NCBI RefSeq assembly: GCF_036321535.1
Contig: NC_087459.1
Span: 21,948,001-22,012,000, forward strand
DNA length: 64,000 bases
From: Camelus dromedarius
Lineage: Eukaryota
Direction: 5' to 3'
The position numbers and the translations under genes are program-made. Positions 1 to 11,358 of the stretch are shown one piece after another. Each line of letters begins with the position of its first letter. Positions within the stretch are counted from its first letter, which is position 1. The notes under the pieces are model-generated. The model worked only from the letters and a program-made list of their open reading frames with translations, did not search any database and was not told the origin of the DNA.

Positions 1-1710
1 GATCACTCTCAAACAATACTTAGTTATCTATTGAAACAAAAAGATAACAGAAAACGTTAAAAGCAAAATCAGAAAGTTAAATAGCTGTTTTTAAAAAAAC
101 TAACTTTTTCAATAGAAAAGATTCAGCTTTCTGAACACAGAAAATTATTTTGACAAAACACAGAATCCATGTTTTCTTATCAAATTATTTTAAAAGGTAA
201 AGAAAAGCCTTCCACAATGAAAAGCAGACCAATAGTCAAAAACAAACAAACAAAAAAACTTTGTCTTTCCAGAGAGAAAACCATATAATAATTTTGCACC
301 AGCTTATTTTTGATATTAAAACTCATTAACTTAGTTAAATTCATTCCAATTCTTAGCCAGTTCTGACCACACATAAGATTCCTTTCCCTTCTTATCTCTA
401 GTGGTTTTAAGTACATATATTAGAATTTTTACTTTCCAGTGAAAACTAAGAAGTAAGCAATTATGACCTGTCTTTTACAATAGCATTCTGTGGATTGGCA
501 GACATAAATATTTTCCATCATTTCTAGAAGCATGTGCTTTCTCATAGAAAATTTCTCAGCACCAAATATGTTTACTAAAAAGACCCAAATAGTGTTAGTT
601 TCTCTGTAAGATGAAGCCAAAAACAGTGTTCAGTAATTAATGTTGCACTATTTTATCTTATTTGAGAATAATCTAGATATTCAATGGCTAGCCATCATAT
701 AATTCAACTTAGAAAACTTTAAGATTTGAAAAAAAGATTTCGGGAAACTACTTGAAAAGTTCACCTAGAAATTTTTCATCTTACTTACGTCCATTTAGTT
801 TATCTGTTTTTAACAATAATGTTTAATTGTGAAAACTTTAATCTCACCAAGTTATTTTTCTTGCTGACAAATTTTGTAACAGAGATAATATGAACTTCTT
901 TGACTAATGAACCCAGGTGGAATCTAAGTTGTATATCTGCATTATATTCAGTGTTGATAACTCTAAAGACATGCTTATTTTAATTAAACCCAAAACCCTA
1001 AAGTAGCTTTTAATTTACCAAAGATTAATCCTAGATTATGTGAACTTGAAAAAACATTTGGATCGGTTTCTCTTAAATTTTAATTCTTATAAGCACTCGT
1101 TTATTTTCAAGACAATTAAATAGAATTCTTCTTATGAATTAGTTTTAGCAATATGATCCAAAGGTAGAAAATACTACACTTCTCTGCAGCATATGTAGAC
1201 ACACATGAACATACAGACAGAGGCAAACAGAGAACTTAGAAGATGATTTAAGGATTTCCTTGCCCCCCCATCCCCAAATTTCAAATGACCTTCCTCTTTC
1301 TGTTTTATTTCTGCTAAAAATTACCTTTCTGAGGTTTGTACTTTAACATTTTCAACTCAAAGCACAGGAAAGAATCTGAGTTATGAGACTTATAAGATAC
1401 ACAAGGAAGGTTTGGGGAACTGGTGAAAAGGAACAGGTGAATTTTGAATTGTCTCTGGAGCTGCATCTCTAGTCTTGTGAAGATTCATACGATAAGGACA
1501 GTTGCTTCTAATGTTTCAAAAGGTTGAGTTGTAGCCTGGATGCTAGAGGGTAGATAGCCTCATTCACCTATATTGGAATCTTTTTTCTTTCCCTCTGGGT
1601 ACCTTTAGCTCAGAAGAGAAGGGCTAAAAAGAATTGTTTTTTTCTATCAATCTCTGAATATCAGCTTCCAACTTGGACAAATTTCTGATCATAAAGTTAT
1701 TAAATCCTTT
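1..1710 (-). mobile_element. ERV1 (MER4-group-like) internal non-coding segment, copy A
   Basis: AT-rich segment. 324-1260 aligns by eye to 4142-5150 (e.g. GTGAAAACTA..AAGTAAGCAATTATG, CATTCTGTGGATTGGCAGACATA, ATTATATTCAGTGTTGATAACTCTAAAGACA), and that second copy is contiguous with a PBS and LTR. Family assignment is from pattern recognition only. Confidence 0.6.
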
Positions 1711-4143
1711 CACCTGGTTCAGCTCCACGGGCACTGAGAAATCAATGCTGGCAGGCAGGTCCCTCTGTCCCAGGTTGTTCACCTGCATGGCGGGCAGTGA
1801 GGGCAAAGGTCACGCCAAACCCCACATCCGTCCCGAGTCTCTGGCTCCTGGGCGCCCGCCCCAGCCCATGCTCCTCAGTCGCCCTCACTTGCCTGGTATC
1901 TGTGCTGGGCCCCACGGCTGTCCTTCTCCTCTGAGGCCGAGAAGTTGAGGTACTTGGTGGACTCTTCATGGCTGGGGAGAGGAGGGGCATGGGTGGATGT
2001 GGGGTTCCATTAGGGCCCCCTGAGGAGGCTCTGGCTGGGAGCTTGACAGAACACGGGTCAGTGGCCCTTGGGCTGCTCTGGAACGAGGTCTGTGGCTGAC
2101 GTGGGGTAACGGGAGGTTTAGGGAGCAGGGCTGGGCTTCCAGCTGGGCGCAAAGTGCTGGCAGAGGCTGCCCACGGAGGAAGCTGGATGGGCACGGGGAC
2201 ACGGCAAAGGTTTGGGGAGACTCAGGCTGATGCTGTGGACAGAGGTCTCCTGGACCCATTCCCGTCTCATCTCCCACAGGCCTTGTTTCCTTGGCTGCTC
2301 TGGGCTTGGGGCCACGAGGTGAGGGAGGGCCCAACACAGACTCTTCTCTGGGTCTCAGTGTAACCGCACCTCCTGAGGCCTGCCTAGGCCCATCTGGAGG
2401 CCCCGCGGCCAGCCTGGCCCCTCACCCCTTGGCTGCTCTCACTTCCGCCCCTCCACGCTCCACTCCTTGGGTACCAGTCCTGTGTCTGCACCGTCCAAAT
2501 TCTAGACCCCGACTCCTACTCTGAAGTCTCCTCCCTCCTTTGTGAGGGGCTCCCCCGAAACATCCCGGCCTTGTCCTGGGGGGTCCCTTTGAGTGCCCCC
2601 ACCCTCAGACTCACAACTGCAGAGTACAACCAGGCTGTTGGGCCACGCACACCTAGACTTGGCGTGTTGTGCTTGTGGGCCCCCGGCAAGCAAGTGTGAG
2701 AACCTCAGGCAACCGAGCAAGGGAGCTCCGAGCTTGCTCCTGCGGGGCTGCCGAGAGCCCCCGCGTGCAGGTGTGAATGAGGGCGGGAGACTCTGGGCGG
2801 GAGGAGGAAGCCCAAAGAGGCGTGTGGGCAGATCTAGCAGGGAAGGTTCCCAGGCCAAGCCACTGGAGCCCGTTTCACATCGCAAGTACACGGATCTCAC
2901 AAAGGCAGGGGTTACGTCTGGTGCTGATGGCACATAATAGGGAGGGCGCAGTAAGTCTCTGTTGAATGTGAAATGAATTTACAGAAAGTAACCACAGCAC
3001 TGTGGCTGGAACATATGATGCTAGGGAGGTATTTGTTGAAGGAAGGTATCTGCTCAAGCCCTTAACTTGACTCCTTAGTGTCAAACAGCCGGTCTACCCC
3101 TCCCAGGACAGCATTTTAAGGCCTTTTCTTCCATCCAGCTTTTCCCTGATTCCCAGCCTCTGCCACAAGCAGGTCGTTTCCTCCATCCTTCCCATGGAGA
3201 CTGGGACAAGGAGGAGGGGTGGTTCTGAAAGCCCTGCAGGGTGAGAATCTGTTCCTTGCAACAAGCAATTGTCCTGCCCAAGGTCTACACTCCAACGTCA
3301 CGGAGCCCTCAGTGTTTAGCGGAGGTCTCCCCTGACAGCAGGCCCTAGCGCCCACCCCACCTTGGAAACTCACTCAACCTCAGGGTTCAGAACCACAGGG
3401 AGGCCCTTGATGAGATTCTGCCTGTGGTCAGGGTAACCTTGCTCCCCAGTGAGGCTGTAAGAACCTTGAAGACAGGGACACGTCTCATACGTCTAGGGAA
3501 TCCTGGACGATCGTGAGGCTTTTAAGAAAGGTTTCTGAGAACTGTAGCCTCTATGATCCTCTATGAAATGTAGGATGTAATGGGGACAATATGACAATTC
3601 TTGTTACCATCAATAGCCCACTATAAACACTGGATTGATCAGTGAGTGCTGCTAGCAGCAGCATCGCCCAATTGAAAAGGTGGCGGTGAAACTTAAATAT
3701 GGCAGGTGGCCAGCTGCTGCAGAGACGAAGGATTGCCCGGGCCCCTCAGAGTGACAGGGGAGGACCCTTTTGAGGTCGTGGTGTGGCACCTGCTGTTCAC
3801 GGTGAAGACAGCGTACTTGACCTGGAGCTCCAGCTAGAAAGTTTGTCTTGCTTGTCCTGGGGGTGTTATTCTCACTGGAAAAAGAGGAGGCTCCCAGTTG
3901 GCAAGTGCCCCAGGGGAGGAGGCTGGGCGGGACGGGGTGATGCCCTAGGCCTGGTCCAGCTCACCTGCTCACATTGGCGGTCAGAAGCAGCCGGTCTCCC
4001 AGCATGGCCGTGGGGGAGACATCAAAGGTGGCCATGAAGGTGATCTGACGAAGACGTGGGAACAGGGGGGAGGTCACTGGGGAGTGGGACAGGGTGAGTG
4101 CAAGGGAGTTAGGGCTGTGCAGAAGCAAAGCTGACCTGAGCCT
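1711..4143 (-). pseudogene. ITGAX: Inverted, intron-containing fragment of integrin alpha X (CD11c), exons 22-25, frameshifted and truncated
   Basis: Minus-strand exons with splice sites: 4044-3965 (80 nt, ITFMATFDVSPTAMLGDRLLLTANVS); 3874-3790 (85 nt versus 84 in the paralogous ITGAD exon 29786-29869, SENNTPRTSKTNF/LELQVKYAVFTVNS, +1 frameshift); 1971-1893 (79 nt, SHEESTKYLNFSASEEKDSRGAQHRYQ, GC donor); 1782-1711 (VNNLGQRDLPASIDFSVPVELNQV, cut mid-exon). The peptides match ITGAX better than ITGAM or ITGAD. Confidence 0.9.
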
Positions 4144-5847
4144 CATTTACTTAATTTAATCATTCCAGTCTTAGCCTGTCCTGACCATACACACAATTCT
4201 TTTCCAAAGATTCCTCTTTCATAAATCCTTTTTTAAACCCAAAATACATCTTACTCTTCTTGCCATTATAGAGATATTTCCTTTATTATTTCTTTTAATC
4301 ACACATATTAGAATTTTTTAAGCCTTAGAAATCTTTAAATTTTAGTGAAAACTAGAAAGTAAGCAATTATGGACTGTCTTTTACGTTAACATTCTGTGGA
4401 TTGGCAGACATACTTTTCATCATTTCTAGAAATATGTGCTCTCTCACAGAAAATTTCTCAGTACCAACCCATGTTTACTAAAAGACCGAAATATCTGCAG
4501 TTTGTTTGTAAAATGAAGATAAAAGTAGATAAGCCTGTGTTCAGTAATTAATGTTTCAGTATTTTATCTTATTTGGGAATGATCTAGATATTTAAAGACT
4601 ATGCATCATTAAGCTTAATTTAGCATATCTTTAAGATTTCAGGTTACCAAGAAGATTGGGGACACTATTTTATAAGTGTACCTAGAAACTTTTTATCTTA
4701 TTTACATCCATTTATTTGTTTTCAACAATTATATTTAGATCACTTATGAAAATTTTATCTTACCAAGTTGTTTTTCTCGTTAACAAATTTTGCTTGCGAA
4801 TTTATTTTGTTAATAAACCCAAGTGGAATGAAAGTTGTATATCTGGATTATATTCAGTGTTGATAACTCTAAAGACAGGCTTGTTTTATTTAAAACAACA
4901 TCCTTAAACTAGCTTTTATTTACTAGAGATTCATCTTAGATCATGTGAACTTGAAAAGCCTTTGGGTTATTTTCTGTTAAATTTTCATTCATGTAAGTCC
5001 TTTTCTGGTTTTAAGCCAATTAAATAGAGCTCTTTTACAAATTAAATTTAGTAATACCATTTGGAGGTGAAAAATAGCACACCTCTACAACACAAACAGA
5101 GACTCACATGAATACACAGTAAACTTTAAAGATCTAATTGGCTTTCTTGAACGCTTCATGAACCAGGCAGCACCCTATCCAGCAAATCTCTGAGGAGTCG
5201 TACGAAATGGGAGGCTTTAATAAGCACAAAATGGATTATTTCATCTTCCTTTGGAGGATGAAAATGACCCTTGTGGCAGATTACATCATTGGCACTGCCT
5301 AGAAAATTCCAGACTGACTGGCTAAAACTATATCCCTGCGGGAGGTTGTAAGCGTAAAGTTTAAGTTGTAAGTCACTTGCTAATGTGGGGTTTACACAAG
5401 TAGACTCCATTTGGGGCCTGCTGTTTCTTAACACCCTGCACAATTTTCCCCTTGGGGCATGGCTTTGAGGCCAGTGGTTAAGCTCAGACTCACCTAAATC
5501 TGAGCTTGGTTTAGCATCATCGCCCAACTCAGCACTTTCATTTAATTTCGTTTTAGCAGTTATGGGCAATAATCATCACAGAATTGTATGTTTAGCACGC
5601 TTATTACTTTGCATTTCTGTATAGATCCAATAGCCAGCTCCGTGGGAAGCAGGCGACTACTGGTTTTAAACCGTATTCGTAACTTTTATATTTAGTAAGA
5701 GCTTGCAGCACGGCTGAAGTTCCGTAGAATGGGTGCCATTCAGGGATCAAACGTTTGTGTCATTCTCTGCCCTTTTACCCTTTCTCTTCTTAAACCACAT
5801 GTTTCCATGAGCCAGGGCTGTACTAGTAAACCCCATTCCTGACACCA
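4142..5847 (-). mobile_element. ERV1 provirus 5' internal region (leader plus internal copy B) with tRNA-Leu primer binding site
   Basis: The minus strand at 5847-5830 reads TGGTGTCAGGAATGGGGT, 16/18 to the tRNA-Leu(CAG) PBS TGGTGTCAGGAGTGGGAT, immediately adjacent to an LTR-like segment. 4142-5150 is homologous to 324-1260. Confidence 0.7.
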
Positions 5848-5849
5848 GT

Positions 5850-6610
5850 GAATGTTTTGAGCATCCAGTTCCAAGCTATGGATTGTGTTTGGGGTTTTCA
5901 CCACCACCAAGCAATTTCCCAATACTGGCTGGATGTTCTACAATTCAACTTAGTTCTGACATTATCTATCCAGAGATAGCATCAGACTCCATAGGGTAAG
6001 GTCTCAGTTTTACAAGACTGTCTCCCATCCCCACTTCAGACACCAATTGGAAGCCCAGATTATCACCTGTGTTTCTGACTGACTATAAATTGGAGGTTTC
6101 GGTGACCCCCCCCCCTCCTTTGATGCCATTAATTTGCTAGAGCAGCTCATAGAACTCAGAGAAGCATTTTACTTACTAGATGACCAGTTTATTATAAAAG
6201 GCAGAACTCAGAGACAGGTAGATGGAAGCAATACAAGGAAGTTCCATGCCCTTTACGAGAGCACCACTCCACTCTCTGAACCCTGTCCGTTAGGGGTTTT
6301 ATGGAGGCTTCATTACACAGGCTGATTGATTCTATTGTTGGCCGTTGGTGAATGAACTTCCCTTCTCTCCTCCCAGGAGGTTGGGGGTGGGGAGCTGAAA
6401 GTTCCAAATCTCTAATCAGGTGGTTGGCTCTACTGGTCACCAGCCCCTATACTTAGTTTCTTTCCAAAAGTCACCTCATTAGCATAACAAAAGACACCTT
6501 TATCATCTCATGACTTAGGAAATTCTAACAGTTTTAGGAGTTCTGTTCCATGTATAGGACAAAGATCAATTATATATTTTTTATTATAAATAACAATATC
6601 AGAAGCTTTA
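5850..6610 (-). mobile_element. ERV1 5' LTR (MER21/MER4-group-like)
   Basis: Abuts the PBS and contains MER21-like motifs (CAATTCAACTTAGTTCTGACA, TTAATTTGCTAGAGCAGCTCA, GGTTGGCTCTACTGG). The right boundary is approximate. Confidence 0.55.
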
Positions 6611-7392
6611 AAATATTTACCGAGAGTTGGTGCTTCTTCTAAGTGTGGAAGCCCCATTAAGTGCCCTGAGGATGCCCAGAGCTGAGAAACATCACTCACA
6701 CCAACTGCTGGAGGAGTCAGAGCCTCGGCGCTGTTAGCACTGGGCTTGAGAGAAAGACCATTTCCTGGCTGTGTGTGGTTTTCACAAGTATTTAAATATC
6801 TTTTTGCAATTAGCCCTTATTCTTTAAAAATGAGTGGGAAACAACACTTCTGCTGACATAAGTGATAATACAATTGAAGCAAAGTTGGAAATCTTTACAG
6901 TTGCTGAAACAGCCAAAATTTAGTTAGCCTCAAGCCGTGCTTGTGAAGGGAAGTCCGAAATTCAAGATGATGTATGAAATGTGATCTCATTCAAGATCGT
7001 TTCTAAAAGATGAGGTGTGGTGAAGATGGAGGAAATGAAGCGATCTTTCAATTTGGGGGTTAAGGAGAATCGTCAAAAAATCATTCTCTGATTCCAAACA
7101 CAGAGAGGAGTTCACAGATCCACAGAACTGATGACAGGGTGCTGTTTGCTACTGACCCCTTAACACAAGATGGAGAAGGCTGTTGCTCAACTTGGCTCAA
7201 CAAAGGCCGACAGCCTTTGCCGGAAGTGGGTAAGTCAGCCTCAAAGTCAGCAATGACAGTCTTCCACCCAGTTCCCTGCAGGAGACTCACTCATGCCCTT
7301 CCCAACGTCTAATTAATTTCTTCTGTCTCTTAAGTATCAGCGCAAGTAAATGAAGCTAAAATTTTTGTTTAGGAAGCTATTTTATATTGCCT

Positions 7393-8258
7393 GTACAGGA
7401 GTACCCCCTTATCCATGGGAGATATGTTCCAAGACCCCCAGTGGATGCCTGAAACCTCGGATGGTACTGAACCCTATCTACACTATGGTTTTCCTATACA
7501 TCCTCACCTATGATAAAATTTAATTTATAAATTAGGCTCAGTAAGAGATTAACAACAGTAACTGATAATAAAATAGAACAATTTAAACAGCTTACTGTAA
7601 TAAAAGTTACACGGATGCGATCCCACTCTCCCTCTCTCTGAAAATATCTTATTATACAAATTTAACGCCTTTTGCATCTTAACTAAGCTCTTATCCTGCA
7701 TTGTGGCCATAACTTTTGCAGTTTGAGGTGCAACAGTAAAACTAACACAAATTTCTTTTTCCTTCTTCATGGTTTCACAAATAGAAGATTTGTTCTATTC
7801 ATAAATCTTAACAAACTCGACATACGATTTTTTTTTTCCTTTCCTTACTAAGCTGAGAACGCTCACCTTTCCATTTACAGGGAGCACTTTACAGCTTCTC
7901 TTCGGCTTATCTGAATTGCCAGTGTCACTGCTCTTGTGCTCTGGGGCCATTATGAAGTAAGCTAAAGGTCACTTGAACACAAGCACTGGGATTCATCGAC
8001 AGTCCATTTGATAATGGAGCAGGTTACTAAGTGACTAACAGGGAGGGGGTGGGGGGGTTGGGGGCAAGATAACTGTAGACAAAGAGGTGAGTCACATCAA
8101 CACTTCAAGTGTGAGCTTGAGTGGATGGTGGGAGATTTCGTCACGCTCCTCAGAAAGGTGCACAATGAAAACTTAGAAATTGTTCATGTCTGAAATTTCC
8201 TATTTAATATTTTCATGGAAATTGAAACCAAGGATACAGGGGGAAGGGTACTACTGTG
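7393..8258. mobile_element. Tigger-family (TcMar) DNA transposon remnant
   Basis: Left end TACAGGAGTACCCCCTTATCC and degenerate inverted right end GGATACAGGGGGAAGGGTACTACTG; typical Tigger internal motif GTTCCAAGACCCCCAGTGGATGCCTGAAACC. Confidence 0.65.
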
Positions 8259-9010
8259 CTTGACATTTAATCTACACTTTGAGGGTTTTATATATCTGAC
8301 AGAGACATACTTAAAATAATGTGCCAGCCACAGTTAGGGATTTTTGTCATGTATTTTAACTTTCTAAGTCTATTCTTCAGCTTTTGTATCCTTCTACATG
8401 GGACCTTTTTGCATGCTTTTGAAAGACATTCATTTATGCTTAAATATAGAATATTTAGAACACACAGAAAATTAGGGAATTAACAATTCCTCTCCCCAAT
8501 TTAACAAATGTTAGACTATTAGGTGTTGAATGCTGAATTTAACACATGTTGGAAGTTCCCACCCCATCCGACCACTCTTTTGATCACTCTTCTGATTTCT
8601 ACCTCCACAGATTAGTTTCGCTTGTTCATATGAAAGGACCCATGTCTGATGCAAGCTAGTGTCTGGCTTCTTTCACTGATGACAAAGGTGAAATTCATCT
8701 CCATTGCTGCGTATACCTGTAGTCTGTTCTCTTGTATTGCTGGCTAGTCATTGTATGAATTTACGATCCATTATGTGAGTTTACCAGCTTGGTTGTGCGT
8801 TCTCCTCTTGATGGGATCTACTTTCTGAAGCGACACCCGCACCCACACACATACCGTCTGAGGCAGTGAGTGGTCTGCTCCTCTCTGGGCTCACATCCAA
8901 GCAGGGGTGTGACAGAGGAAGAGCAGAACTAGCACTGTATTAGAACTGTCTCCCTCATTCTGTTCGGCTTATATATTCTATTACTCTAGCCCTGCACACA
9001 AAGAGTGAAA

Positions 9011-9493
9011 TGTTAAAGAAATATTGCCTGTGCCCAAGTAGCTCATTAAGTTCCCTGAAGAAGGCTCCCATCCTATGGTCCAAGCTGGTTATGGCTGCCA
9101 CTTGTCCTTGGTAAGTTTGCTTTCAGCCCAGAAAACTTTTTAGTGAGCAGAGATAAGAATGGTAGAGTAAAAATACCTGTTAACAACTTGAAGTTTTTGC
9201 AGGAGCCTTGTGATCCAGCCTGTGTGAGCAGCCCCTGAAGGCCAGGTGTTTCCAAGACGTCTACAGCCCCCTTTTACCCTTTAATCTTGAACCCTCCCAC
9301 TTCCCCTTTCCCTTAACATAAAAGAGGCTTGAATTTTATTCCAAGTTAAGATGGTTCCTTAGGACGTTAGTCCACCATCTTCTCCATCTGCTGGCTTTCT
9401 GAATAAAGTTGCTATTCCTTGCCTCAAACACCTTGTCTCTCGACTTACTGGCCTGCCATGCATCGAGCAGTATGAGCTTGGACTCGGTCAGAA
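9011..9493 (+). mobile_element. Solo ERV LTR upstream of ITGAD exon 1
   Basis: Starts with TG. Contains TATA-like CATAAAA (about 9317), AATAAA (about 9402) and a U5-like end GAGCTTGGACTCGGTCAGA. Confidence 0.6.
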
Positions 9494-9719
9494 CGTGGCC
9501 TTTCATCTCTCCTTTCCGCCCCTTCCACTCACAGGCAGCCTGATTCCTGAGGCCCCAGAGAGCTACCAGGACTGCCTAGGCTGGTCTCGAGGGCTGGGGA
9601 GTGGGTGGTCTTCTGGGACAGCCAGGCCCTGGAGAAGGAAGCCAGTGCCCTGGAGGTGGTGGCGGTGAGAGTATGGGGGCTTTTCACCAAGGTGTCTTTG
9701 GCCTTTTGCCCCATCTTTC

Positions 9720-9846
9720 TGTAATTAACACGTACTTCCTCACTGAGCCTTCCTCTTGCTACGTCAAGCCCTGAGTCGTTATTCTAACTACCCCCAAGCC
9801 ACTGAGCACCCTCCAGTGCTCTGCGGCCTGGCCCTCCTCTTCTCTG
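9720..9846 (+). promoter_or_regulatory. ITGAD proximal promoter remnant with PU.1/ETS site
   Basis: ACTTCCTC (reverse complement GAGGAAGT) at 9734-9741 and an AP-1-like TGAGTC, directly upstream of exon 1. TATA-less, as is typical of myeloid beta-2 integrin promoters. Confidence 0.5.
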
Positions 9847-11245
9847 ATGCGCTGCTCAGCGAAGGCCTTTGGAGTTGTGCTCCTCCTGGGTGGTGAGTGG
9901 GGGCCCTCGGGGCTGGGAGAAGCCTTGGGGCAGTCTCTGTCTGGTAGGGTAGGCTGGGGGCTGGTCAGCTCCTTCAGCTCTTAGGAGGAACTGAAGGAAG
10001 GAGAGAGAACTCGTGTCCAGTCTGGCATGGAGGGAGGAACAGTCTGGAATCTGGGGAGGGGCGAGAGCTGAGCAAAGGTAAGGGAGTGGGCTCGTGGTTT
10101 ATGCTTGGTGGACAGTGAGCTGCTCTCCACATCCCCCATGGCCTCCCTCTCATGGAGGCCCTGGTGTGGGTGCTGTGAGGTGAGGGGCATCTGTCCCAGC
10201 GTCCTTGGGAAGGGAAGGCCAGGGAAGCCACCAGGGAGGGGGACAGGCTGCCAGTGCCTCCTTGGTCCTGTGTATCCCCCCAAGTCTTGATTTCTGGTAG
10301 GCTGTCCCTCTACTGCCAAGAGAAGAGCCCAGAGGTCAAAAACTGTATCAGGATCACATTCATGTGTCATTTAAAAATCGGTTGTGTGTCTGTTAAAAAT
10401 CAGATTTCACACAAAAATCCAGATTTTTTTACTTCTCTTGAGAAATGGAAAGATCCGGCAGCTCTGGGTCCTAGAGCCTGAGAATGGCTGTTCCCTTTAC
10501 ATGGTGCTCACTCCCACCCATGCCACTCATCGATGTCACCTGCCTGGCTCCCGAGGCTTCTGAGTTTGGGACCCTTGGTATCCTGCCACATGGCAGACCA
10601 GAGGGGCTACTTTCAGACTCAGGAACAGAATCACTTTTCATGAGAAAAGCATGGCTCATGAAGCTCCCCTGCATGTGGCCATAGTAGGGGTCCCAGCATC
10701 CTAAACATCTGGCATCTTCCCAGAATCCCAGGGTTCAGGTGTCTGGACCGTCCCTGTCACTGAAGCCTGACCTCCTTAAAGCTTCCCTACTCCTGGGGTT
10801 GGAGCCAACTCCTCAATCCAGAGATAGCTGGGAATTCTAGGAGGAAGGGGGAGAAATGGGGAGTGCTTGGGTGGTCAGGGCAGGGGAGTCGGAAAAAACC
10901 CTTGAAATGGAGGGGGTCTTCCCCTGAGGCTTTCTAGCTCAGCCCCCCAGAAGGGGAGTGTGATGAGTCAAGGATCAGAAGAGTGAGTTGGAATCCCGGC
11001 TGTGCCAGTGACTTGCTGTGTGGTTCTGAGTCGGTCAACAAATACTAAAGTCACCTGCGAAGGGCCAGGCACTGTACCAGGCACCAGGACAAGGCAGATG
11101 TAGTTCTCGCCCTCCTAGAGCCTGGCACCAAGGGTGGGTGACATGGGAAACACATAAGGACAAATAATTAATCATAGACTTCTAAGTCTGTTCTCCAACC
11201 TGGACCTTAGGGTCTCTGCATAATAAGGAGATGTAACGGGACAGC

Positions 11246-11358
11246 TTTTTGTTTTTGCTTTTTTAACGGAGGTACTAGGGACGGAACCCAGGCCCTCGGG
11301 CATGCTGTGCATGCTAAGCATGCACTCTGCCACTGGGCTGTTTGTCACCTTCCCCCCC
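11246..11358 (-). mobile_element. tRNA-Ala-derived SINE (camelid Vic-1-like)
   Basis: Reverse complement of ...CAGTGGCAGAGTGCATGCTTAGCATGCAC...CCTGGGTTC...TACCTCCGTTAAAAAA. Confidence 0.8.
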
